64,000 nucleotides of DNA from Mobula hypostoma (Eukaryota), in the NCBI RefSeq assembly GCF_963921235.1, contig NC_086097.1, forward strand, positions 177,260,001 to 177,324,000. The letters run 5' to 3'. The position numbers were made by a program, and so were the translations under genes. Shown one piece after another: positions 50,000-61,489 of the stretch. Each line of letters opens with the position of its first letter. The stretch's first letter is position 1. The notes beneath the pieces are model-generated. The model saw only the letters and a list, made by a program, of their open reading frames with translations, was not told the origin of the DNA and made no database searches.

Positions 50000-50945
50000 C
50001 AGACAAGCGGAGGCTAAGTCTGTTACTGAGGGGGCAGGCCCAGCCAGAAGCCCTGGCTCATGCAGAGCTGTGCTGTGCTCCCTACTAAAGGTCTGGAAGC
50101 TGACTTCAAGCCTGGAACCAGAACAGGTCTTAGAGCAGCCAGGAGAAACTTCATCTTAGGCATCAAGAGGACAAAGACTGCCTACACCCAGAAAAATTCA
50201 GGGGCATCTGTCCGATAACGATTCCCAACATACACGGCAGGCCATCAAGACTGATATTGACTGTATCGGTGACACCTCCCTGCTTCCGGATTTCAGTTCA
50301 GCATTCAACACTCTTGCTCCACACCCGTTTGTGAACAAACTCTCACTCCTCGGTCTGAATACATCACTGTGCAACTGGGTGTTGAACGTCCTGACCAACA
50401 GACCTCAGATAGTCAGGATGCAGAACCACTCCTTTCTCCACAATCATCCTCAACATGGGTGTCTCTCCCCCCAGGCTGTGTGCTGAGCCCATTACTATAT
50501 ATTCTGCTCACACATGAGTGCATGGCCAAACACTCGCGTCACTCATTGTAAGGTTTGCGAATGGCATGACAGTGGTGGGGCTCATCGCCAACAATGATGA
50601 GATGGCCCAGAGAGAGAAGCTGGAAGAGCTTGAGATCGGGTGCCAGGCAAATAACCTCTTCCTCAATGTCAACAAGACAAAGAGATGGTTATCGACTTCA
50701 GGAGAACTCGAACCACTCACACTCCTCTTCACATCAGCGGCACAGTAGTGGAACCTGCCAGCAGTTTCAAACTCTTGGGAGTGCACATCTCGCACCAACT
50801 CCTATGATCTCAGAACACATCCTACATGATCAGGGAAGCTCACCAACACCACACTTTTCTAAGGAGACTGAAAGGAGCTGGACTATGCACATCTAGACTC
50901 ATGTCCTTCTACAGATATGCAGCAGACAACATTCTAACCTGCATG
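50000..50945 (+). mobile_element. Old Rex1-type RT fragment
   Basis: [32 protein letters not shown]. Left boundary is uncertain. Confidence 0.75.
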
Positions 50946-51129
50946 CCTCGACCTTCATGTCGGCCTCGCCTTCATTCGCCTCTTCATTGTGGTGATTGTT
51001 TACAGTTTTTCATAGAAAAAGTTTGATTAATAAATAAAACATTCAGTTGTATTTCTTAATCTATGAACCACCAGCAAGTTGTCACATTTTAAACGAGAAG
51101 GTTTGGGGCCCTGAATGAGAGAAGAGGTT

Positions 51130-54100
51130 TAGAAACATAGAAACATAGAAAACCCTCATCACAATACAGGCCCTTCAGCCCAACAACGCTGTGCCGAACA
51201 TGTCCTTTTCCTAGAAATTCCCAAGGACCTCTATTTTTCTGAGCTGCATGTACCTGTCCAAGAGTCTCTTAAAAGACCCTATCGTTTCAGCCTCCATCAC
51301 CGTCGCCAGCAGCCCATTCCACGCACTCACCATTCTGCGTAAAAAAAAACTTACCCCTGACATCTCCACTGTACCTACTTCCAAGCATCTTAAAACTGTG
51401 CCCTCTCATGTTAGCCATTTCAGCCCTGGGAAAAAGCCTTTGACTATCCACATGATCAATGCTTCTCATCATCTTATACACCTCTATCAGGTCACCTCTC
51501 ATCCTCCGTCGCTCCAAGGAAAAAAGGCCGAGTTCAATCAACCTATTCTCATAAGGTATGCTCTCTAATCCAGGCAACACCCTTGTAAATCTCCTTGGCA
51601 CCCTTTCTGTGGATTCCACATCCTTCCTGTAGTGAGGCAACCAGAACTGAGCATAGTGTTGCAAGTGGGGTCTGACCAGGGTCCTATATAGCTGCAACAT
51701 TACCTCTCGGCTCCTAAACTCAATGCCATGATTGATGAAGGCCAATGCACCATATGCTTTTGTAACCACATAGTCAACCTGCATAGCTGCTTTGAGTGTC
51801 CGATGGACTCAGACCCCAAGATCCCTCTGATCCTCCACACTGCCAAGAGTCTTACCACTAATACTATACTCTGCCATCATATTTGACCTACCAAAATGAA
51901 CCACCTCACACTTATCTGGCTTGAACGCCATCTGCCATTTCTCAGCCCAGTTTAGCATCCTATCAATGTCCTGCTGTAACCTCTGACAGCCCTCCACACT
52001 ATCCACTACACCCCCAACCTTTGGGTCATCAGCAAATTTACTAACCCATCCCTCCATTTCCTCATCAAGATCATTTATAAAAATCACAAAGAGTAAGAGT
52101 CCCAGAACGGATCCCTGAGGCACATCACTGACCTCCATGCAGATTATGACCCATCTACAACCACTCTTTGCCTTCTGTGGGCAAACCAGTTCTGGATCCA
52201 CAAAGCAATGTCCCCTTGGATCCTATGCATCCTCACTTTCTCAATAAGCCTTGCATGGGGTACCTTGTCAAATGCCTTGCTGAAATCCATATACACCACA
52301 TCTACTGCTCTACCTTCATCAATGTGTTTAGTCACATCCTCAAAAAATTCAATCAGGCTCGTAAGGCACAACTTGCTTTTCACAAAGTCATGCTGACTAT
52401 TTCTAATCATATTATGCCTCTCCAAATTTTCATAAATCCTGCTTCTCAGGATCTTCTCCATCAACTTACCAACCACTGAAGTAAGACTCACTAGTCTATA
52501 ATTTCCTCGGCTATCTCTACTCCCTTTCTTGAATAATGGAACAACATCCACAATGCTCCAATCCTCCGGAACCTCTACCGTCCCCATTGATGATGCAAAG
52601 ATCATCACCAGAGGCTCAGCAATCTCCTCCCTCAGCTCCCACAGTAGACTGGGGTGCATCCCATCCAGTCCCAGTGACTTAGCCAATTTGATGCTTTCCA
52701 AAAGCTCCTGCACATCCTCTTTCTTAATATCTATATACGCAAGCTTTTCAGTTTACTGTAAGTCATCCCTACAATCGCCAAGATCCTTTTCTGTAGTGAA
52801 TACTGAAGCAAAATATTCATTAAGTACCTTTGCTATCTCCTCCAGTTCCCTGCGCACTTTTCCACTGTCACACTTGATTGGTCCAATTCTCTCACGTCTT
52901 GTAGAACATAGAACAGTACAGCACAGTACAGGCCCTTCGGCCCACCATGTTGTGCCGACCCTTAAACCCTGCCTCCCATATAACCCCCCACCTTAAATTC
53001 CTCCATATATCCGTCTAGTAGTTTCTTAAATTTCACTAGTGTATCTGCCTCCACCACTGACTCAGGCAGTGCATTCCACGCACCAACCACTCTCTGAGTA
53101 AAAAAAACTTCCTCTAATATCCCCCTTGAACTTCCTATCCCTTACCTTAAAGCCATGTCCTCATGTATTGAGCAGTGGTGCCCTGGGGAAGAGGCACTGG
53201 CTGTCCACTCTATCTATTCCTCTTAATATCTTGTATACCTCTATCATGTCTCCTCTCATCCTCCTTCTCTCCAGAGAGTAAAGCCCTAGCTCCCTTAATC
53301 TCTGATCATAATGCATACTTTCTAAACCAGGCAGCATCCTGGTAAATCTCCTCTGTACCCTTTCCAATGCTACTACATCCTTACTATAGTGAGGCGACCA
53401 GAACTGGACATAGTACTCCAAGTGTGGCCTAACCAGAGTTTTATAGAGCTGCATCATTACCCCGCGACTCTTAAACTCTATCCCTTGACTTATGAAAGCT
53501 AACACTCCATAAGCTTTCTTAACTACCCTATCTACCTGTGAGGCAACTTTCAGGGATCCGTGGACATGTACCCCTAGATCCCTCTACTCCTCCACACTAC
53601 CAAGTATCCTGCCATTTACTTTGTACTCTGCCTTAGAGTTTGTCCTTCCAAAGTGTACCACCTCACACTTCTCCGGGTTGAACTCCATCAGCCACTTCTC
53701 AGCCCACTTCTGCATCTTATCGATGTCTCTCTGCAATCTTCGACAATCCTCTACACTATCTACAACACCACCAACCTTTGTGTCATCTGCAAACTTGCCT
53801 ACCCACCCTTCTACCCCCACATCCAGTTCGTTAATAAAAATCATGAAAAGTAGAGGTCCCAGAACCAATCCTTGTGGGACACCACTAGTCACAACCCTCC
53901 AATCCGAATGTACTCCCTCCACCACAACCCTCTGCTTTCTGCGTCTCTTCAGTCTGGGTTCCACCCCCCCCCAGTAATTCTAGTTTAAACATTCCTCAAT
54001 AGCCTCAGTAAAGCTCCCCGCCAGGATATTGGACCCCCTGGGATTCAAGTACAACCCGTCCTTTTTGTACAGGTCACACCTGCCCCAAAGGAGGTCCCAA

Positions 54101-54990
54101 TGATCCATAAATCTGAATCCCTATCCCCTGCTCCAATCCCTCAGCCACACGCATTTATCCTCCACTTCATTCTATTCCTATACTCACTGTCGCGTGGCAC
54201 AGGCAGTAATCCCGAGATTACTACCTTTGTGGTCCTGCTTCTCAACTTCCTTCCTAACTCTCTGTAGTCTGCTTTCAGGACCTCCTCCCTTTTCCTGCCT
54301 ATGTCATTGGTACTTATATGTACCACGACCTCTGGCTGTTCTCCCTCCCACTGCAGGATATCGCAGACGCGGTCGGAAACATCCCGGGCCCTGGCCCTGG
54401 GAGGCAAACTACCATCTGTGCTTCCTTCCTGCATCCACAGAATCGTCTTTCTGACCCCCTAACTATAGAGTCCCGTATCACTGCTGCCATCCTCTTCCTT
54501 TCCCTGCCCTTCTGAGCCACAGGGCCAGACTCTGTCCCAGAGGCATGACCACTGTTGCTTCCCCCAGGTAGGCCGTCCCCCCCGCAACAGTATTCAAGCA
54601 GAAGTATTTACAGCCGCAGGGGTGCTCTCTAGCCCCTTCCCTCTCCTGACTGTTACCCACTTATCTGTCTCCCTAGGCCCCGGTGTGACTACTTGCCTAT
54701 ACCTCCTCACTTTCCCTGACCGGACAAAGGTCATCGAACTGCATCTCCAGTTCCCTAATGCAGTCCCTAAGGATCTGCAGCTCGACAACCTGGCGTAGAT
54801 GTGGCCGTCTGGGAGGCTGGGAGTCTCCTGGAGTTCCCACATCTGACACCGAGCATAGAACACCGGCCTCACACACATTCTTCCTGTCTGTATTCTACAC
54901 AGGCAACCTACCTCGCCTCGACCTGTTATCGCCGAAGCCCCGCTGAGCCAAAGACTTCCTACTCTGTCTCCCTCTACCACGACGCCCGCT
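51130..54990 (-). mobile_element. CR1 LINE: ORF1 (zinc finger remnant and SGNH esterase) plus ORF2 RT; endonuclease region missing
   Basis: ORF1 IRDSIVRG..CLPG..VVVHISTNDIG..VVISGLLPVPR (about 53960-54900); RT in ORFs 52713-51287; (TTTCTATG)n tail at 51130-51150. Confidence 0.9.
52902..53942 (-). mobile_element. Young 5'-truncated CR1, same subfamily as 13451-16383
   Basis: Nearly identical to about 15325-16365; ORFs 53584-53964 and 53161-53505. Confidence 0.95.
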
Positions 54991-55347
54991 CTATTAGGTG
55001 TCTCCTTTTAAACTTTTCTCACTGTTCTCACTGGCTGACATCCATGAGCTTGCGCAGTCATGCCCCGATCAAACCGCTGAAGAAATAACGGGTTTAGCGG
55101 CAGGCGTAGCACTTGCCCTACTTGCAGGGATAAGTGCCGGGGGGAGACCAGTGGAGAGGGAATGTTTGGACAAGGGAGTCACATGCCTTGTGCCTGTGAT
55201 ACTGATACAAGCAGCTTTTTCGTTGTATCTCATCGCACGTGCACATAACAATAAACTTGACTTTATTTGATATATAGAAGAGTGCACCTTGCCCAGGGAC
55301 TGTAAGGGAGAGTTACCCCTCCCCTGGAAGAGTGTGGGAAAGTTTCC

Positions 55348-55519
55348 CACTCCTGGGGAGAGAATCAGATTGTTAACCACCCCCGCCCCCCCCACCACCA
55401 CACTTCACACACTTCCCACCCTCACTCCTGGGGAGACAATCAGATTGTTAACCACCACCCCCCCCCCCACCACACTTCACACACTTCCCACCCTCACTCC
55501 TGGGGAGAGATTGATTGTC
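55348..55519. repeat. C-rich minisatellite, 72-75 bp unit, about 2.3 copies
   Basis: CACTCCTGGGGAGA at 55348, 55423 and 55495. Confidence 0.92.
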
Positions 55520-57215
55520 CTTTAAATATAAGAAGTGCCTGTGATCTGAAGTACTTTGCCTTCCAGAGGAAGAATTCCTTCACCTTCTTCATTATTCATC
55601 CACAGTCCTGCACTCCATATCTCAGTAATCCCTTGGAATGGATAATCCTCCCAGGTCTGGCTGGTCTAAGTCTTGCCTCCTGAGCAGCTCTGAATAATGG
55701 GGATTGTTGTACAAGATAACAAACCACTCCATGTTCTTTGCACTAACCTTAATCCACAACAGAAACTGAAAGTGGTAAACACTTCACAGAAGCGGTTTAA
55801 AATCAGTCCAGGGTGCATCTTGCTTTAATGGAAAATGTTCTACTGATTTTCGTCATGCCTGGAAGAACTTCAGAATGTCAAAAATGTAAATTGGTCCCAC
55901 TCTAGCACAATAGGGGACATTTGGACAAGTAAATTGGTATTTTCTTAAATTGGTAAATTGGTTTATTATTGTCACATGTACAAAGAGATTTTACAGATCA
56001 TTTCATCACAACAGCACATTGAAGTAGCACAAGGGAAAACAATAGCCGAATACAGGATAGGAGATAGTGCAGTGCAGGCAGACAATGAGATGTAAGGCCA
56101 TAATGAGCTAGATTGTGAGGTCAAGAGTTCACCTTATCATTTTAGGCGGCCAGTCAACAGTCTTATAACAGTGGGATAGAAGCTGTCCTTGAGCCTGGTG
56201 GTACATGGTTTCAGGCTTTTGTGTCTGCTGCCTGATGAGAAGGGGAAGAAGAAAATGTCCAAGATGGGTGGGGTCTTTGATTATGTTGGCTGCTTTCCCT
56301 GGGCTTTAACTACTTCAGGCAGAGCGGTTGCCATATCAAGCCAAGACAAGGGGGGACTGAGTGATAAATGTCAAGAACAAAAGGCTAAACTTCCTCTGGC
56401 TGGAGGTGAACATTGCCTGGCACTCTCAGGATGTGAATGTTACCTGTCACTTACAGGACAATCCTGAAAGACGTCCAACGTCCTCCTGAATGCTGGCTTG
56501 AACTGCCTCATTTGCTGAGCTCAATCATCTGAAACTAAAATCACTGAAGAGTTTTGGAAAGCAAACCTTGACAATTAGGATCTATTACTAGGACTGACAA
56601 TAGATGATGAGAAATGTTAATGGAAACAAAGGTATTAATGAGGTTAAATTAATCATTTGTTTTATGGAGACTGCCCTTTGAATGCTAAAATGGTTCAGCA
56701 GTGTAGACAGATATAAATTGAGATAAAAGCGGAAACACCAGCTATTAGACCCATTATATTGATATTGAGTTTCTACCCACATCAGAATCAGGTTTAACGC
56801 CATCAGCGTATGTCATGAAATTTGTTGTTTTTGTGGCCGCAGTACATAGTTAAATTAAATAAGTAGTGCAAAAAATGAGGTAGTGTTCATGACTTCAATG
56901 TGCAGTCAGAAATCTGATGGCAGAGGGGAAGAAGCTGTTTCTAAATCATTGAGTGTGTGCCTTCAGGCTTCTGTACCTCCTGCCTAATAGTAGCAATAGA
57001 AGAGGGCATGTCCTGGGTAATGGGGACAATGATGGATGCCGCCTTTCTAAGGCATTGCTCCTTGAAAAATGTCCTGAATACTACAGATCATGTGCAGTAG
57101 CCCACCCCCTAGACCAGATGGTGATGCAGCCAGTTAGAATGCTCTTCGTGGTACATCTGTAGAAATTTGCAAGAGTCTTTGGTGGCATACAAAATTCGCC
57201 TCAAATTCTTAATTT

Positions 57216-57840
57216 GGCGGGAGGAGAAGACAGCAGCTCAGCGCGCGTGTGCAGCCCTCTGGTGAAAAATGATATTGTATCTGTTAAATAGGGGCCGTGG
57301 ACAATTCTGATTTGATGGAGAATGGACATGAAAGCACAGAGGAACATCTGGAGAAATTTCTGAAATGCCCGTTCGCTGCTGTCGTTACTGTGCGGTCGTG
57401 AATCTTTCGGAGGGTAGGCCTCAAAATCCCCAGCCTTGCCTGCTTTTGGCGACCGAGAAGGAGGTCAAATCGTTCGGAGAGAGATGGCACTCAGTACTCG
57501 GTGTCGGAGAGCTGATCAGAGCTCGAAGTTTTCGGATGACTCAGAGTCGGATTGTGGTCGGCATGGCAGGGAGTTTTTCTTCCTTCTCCCGTCTGCATGA
57601 GATGTGGGACATTTGAGAAACTTTGAAACTTTTTACTGTGCTCATGGACTGTTCTTCATCAAGTTATGGTATTGTTACACTGTTCGTAACTACATGTTAT
57701 AACTACGTGGTTTTGTCAGTTTTTTCAGTCTTGGTTTGTCCTGTGTTTTGTAATATCACACCGGAGGAAATATTGTATCATTTCTTAACGCATGCATTAC
57801 TAAATGACAATAAAGGAGGACTACGTGTCTTCGTAATCAT
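57216..57840 (+). mobile_element. Non-autonomous retroposon, copy 2, inserted in a minus-strand Rex fragment
   Basis: Collinear with 21553-22255, e.g. ACAGAGGAACATCTGGAGAAA and AAATGACAAT.AAGGAGGACT. Confidence 0.75.
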
Positions 57841-58016
57841 AATAAAATATAGCCGCTGTCATGCCTTCTTTGTAAATTCGTCGATATGTTGGGCCCAGGA
57901 GAGATCCTTAGAGATGTTGATACCCAGGAACTTGAAATTGCTCACTCTTTCCAGTTCTGATGAGGATTGGTATGCATTTCCCCATCTTACCCTTTCTAAA
58001 GTCCACAATCAGTTCC

Positions 58017-58415
58017 AAACAAGAGAAAATCTGCAGATACTGGAAATCCAAGCAACACACACAAATTGCTGGAGGAACTCAGCAGGCCAGGCAGCATCTA
58101 TGGAAAAAAGTACAGTCAGCATTTCGGGCCAAGACCCTTCATCAGGACTGGAGAGAAAGAGATGAGGAGTCAGAGTTAGACAGGGGAGGGAAGGAAGAAA
58201 CACAAGGTGATAGGTGAAATCACGGTGGAGGAGAATGAGGGGTGAAGTAAAAAGTTGGGAAGTTGATTGGTGAAAGAGATACAGGACTTGAGAAGGGGGA
58301 ATCTGATCGGAGAGGACAGAAGGCCATGGAAGAAAGAAAAGGGGAGGAGCTTCAGAGGGCAGTGTTGGACAGGTAAGGAGATAAGGAGAGAGAGGGAAAA
58401 GGGAATGGGCAATGG
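58017..58415 (-). mobile_element. Penelope-like pseudo-LTR fragment
   Basis: AACAAGAGAAAATCTGCAGAT terminus; CAGTCCTGATGAAGGGTCTTGGCCCGAAA on the minus strand at 58113-58150. Confidence 0.82.
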
Positions 58416-59037
58416 TTCCTCATTCCCTTTTCCTTCTCTCATGTTATCTGCATCCTGCGTATAACTACATCTCCATATGTTCTATGTATCACCCCCTTAA
58501 TCTCCCAAATGATCCGGAGTTCATCCAGTTCCAGTTTCAGCTACTTAATGTGGAGAGTTAGAAGCTGCGGCTAGATGCACTTCTCACAGGTGTAGTCATC
58601 AGGGATACTGGAGGTCCTCCCTGCCTTCCCACATCACACAAGAGCAACATTCAACTATCCTGCCTGCATCCCTACTGTTCCAACTGAGAAAATATAAAGA
58701 AGGAAAAACAATGATTAAACTGTGGGAATAAAAATCTACCTGCAGCCTTTTCGCCTTCTCTCACTTAAGCCTCTCCCCACTGAAGCCTCGAAGAGCCAAA
58801 GCCTCAAAACATCCACCCTAACACTGTCCACTCCAACGATGTCCACTCCGCTTACCTGTGCCTTATTGTAATTTGATCTTGCCAATCAATCCTGACTGCT
58901 GATTGACCGCTGGTCAGAAAGCCCAAACTGCTGTGACTCAATTCCTTATGTAGCCTGTCGGTGAACCTGAGTGAGCCACGTTTTCTCACGCTTTGGAACT
59001 CCGATTCGTCGCTACTCAACACATAAAATTGCCACGT

Positions 59038-59950
59038 CCATAAGACATAGGAGCATAATTAGGCCATTCAGTCCATTGAGTCTGCTCCACCATTTCATCA
59101 TGGCCGATTCCAGATCCCATTCAACCCCATACACCTGCCTTCTCGCCATATTCTTAGATGCTCTGACCGATCAGGAAATGATCAACTTCCGCCTTAAAAA
59201 TACCCAAGGACTTAGCCACCATAGCAGTCTGTGGCAGAGTATTCCACAGTGTCACCACTCTCTGGCTAAAAAAAATTCCTCCTTACCCCTGTTCTAAAAG
59301 GTTTCCACTCCATTTTGAGGCTGTGCCCGCTAGTTCTGGATATCCCCACCATTAGAAACATCCTCTCCGCATCCACCCTATTCCGTCCTTTCAACATTTG
59401 ATAAATTTCAATGAGATCCCTGTGCATTCTTTTAAATTGCAGTGAGTACAGGCCCAAAGCTGCCAAATGCTCCTCATATGTTAACCCCTTCATTCCTAGA
59501 ATCATCCTCATGAACCTCCTCTGGACTCTCTCTAATGAGTCGAATGCCTTCTGAAAATCCAAGTAAACAACATCTACCGACTCTCCTTTGTCTATGCTAC
59601 CTGTTATTTCTTCAAAGTATTCCAACATAATTATTAAAATTTCCCCTTAAGGAAACCATATTGTCTTCAGCCTATTTTTTCATGTGCCTCCAAGTAACCA
59701 AAACTTCATAATTAATCATGGTCTTCAATGTCTTATCAGCCACTGAAGTCAGGCTAACTGGCCTATAATTTCCTTTCTTTTGCCCCCTTTCCTTCTTAAA
59801 GAGTGGGGTGACCTTTGCAATTTTCCATTTCTCTGAAATCATTCCAGAACCTAATTCTGCCATCATCCCTGGTAGTGACCATACCAATCAGCCTTGGCCA
59901 GCTCCTCTTTCATAACTTCGTAGCTCCCTTTATTCTGCTGTAATAATGAT
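59038..59950 (-). mobile_element. Internally deleted CR1
   Basis: [17 protein letters not shown] fused directly to SLERVQRRF, so the RT core is deleted. Confidence 0.85.
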
Positions 59951-61489
59951 TTCCAGTAAACAGCATCTTTTTAACTTCCCACTTTAAAGCATTCATTTGC
60001 CAATGCACTTTGAGAGAAAAAGGCCACTTACTCTGAAACAAACATTTGCTGTCTCTGCAGTGGGTGCAGCCTCCCACAGAGCAGGAACACCAGGCTCCAT
60101 AAATGCTTTTGGTGTTTTCATTACAATAGCACCTTGTCTAACAATTTTTCTGTCAAGTGCAGTTCCACTGTCTTCCTTCATCCATTCACAATCCTCTCTC
60201 AGTGTCAGCCCGAGCTGTTTGCTGACTTTGCTCTTCATATTAGCTGAGTGCTTTGATAGAGAATTCATTTTAAATTTAACGTACAATGTTTAAAAATCGT
60301 CTAGTGGAGACAAACAGGTCTAAAGGAATTAACGTAGATAGACATCATGGTTGGCATAGATTTGATGGACCAAAAGGCCTATTTCTGTGCTTTATACTTC
60401 TATGACTCTGCGACTGAGTATTTCGTGTCTCCAAGACTTTTGCAACACTCACTTTATAGCTCAGCACAGCAGGGAAGCCAGCCTCACCTTTATGGACGCA
60501 GTCTACAGTTCTGCACCCTCAGTGAAGCAGCCAGCATAATCAAAGACCCCACTCACCCTAGACATCCTCCCATCAGGCAGGAAATACAAAAGCCTGAAGA
60601 ACTTGCCATTGGGCTCAAGGATGGCTTCTAGCCCACTGTTGTAAAACGATTAAATAATGAAATAGGATGGACACAATCTACTTTGTTATGACCTTGCACG
60701 TTATCATTTACCTGCACCATACTTTCACTGTAGCTTTTAGACTTCATTCTACATTGTTATTGTTTTACTTTGTACAACCTCAATGATGCACTATGTAATT
60801 AATTGATTTTTACGTACAGTATGCAAGACATGTTTTCCATTGTATCTTGGTACATGTGACAATAATAAACCAATTCCAGTTCCAACTTAATTAAATGAGG
60901 CAGGACCATAAGTCCATAAGGCACCAGAGCAGAAATTCCTGCTCTTCTCTGTTTTAGAGGGCCGTCCTTCTATTTTGAGAATATGCCCTCTGGTCCTAGA
61001 TTCATCCACTCCCCTTCCTTGCCAGGTCCACTCTTTCAATATTCAGTGGGCACAATATGCACAAGTACATGTTTACAGAGGTGCGATGAAAAATGTTAAC
61101 CTGACTGAGGTAAACAGAGCAACAATAAACTTTGCCCCATAGCAGAGGTATCTACTATGAGAGGGCATTGGTTTATGGTATGGGGGAAGAGGTTTAGAGG
61201 GGATCTGAAGACTTACCTTTATCACTCAGAGGGAGGTTAGAAAATGGACTCAGTACCTGAGGGGGTGGTGAAGGCAAAGACCCACACAACATTTAAGAAG
61301 TGCTTAGATGGGCACTTGAATCACCAGAGCAGAGAAAGCTACCAAATGCTAGTAAAGGGGATATCTGCAGATGGGTTGACACAGGCATGATGGGCTGAAG
61401 GGCCTGTTTCTATGTTGTATTATACCATGACTCCGACCTCCAAGTCAGGAGATGACACAGTACCTGGAGGCAGTTACAAAATACACGTG

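Noticed and set aside
50945..51112. Possible DNA-transposon end
   Set aside because: No partner TIR or TSD found, so it cannot be classified.
55748..55765. 18-nt minus-strand micro-exon (TTTCAG|TTTCTGTTGTGGATTAAG|GTTAGT)
   Set aside because: Plausible splice sites, but expected by chance in 64 kb; no recognisable peptide or supporting neighbouring exons.
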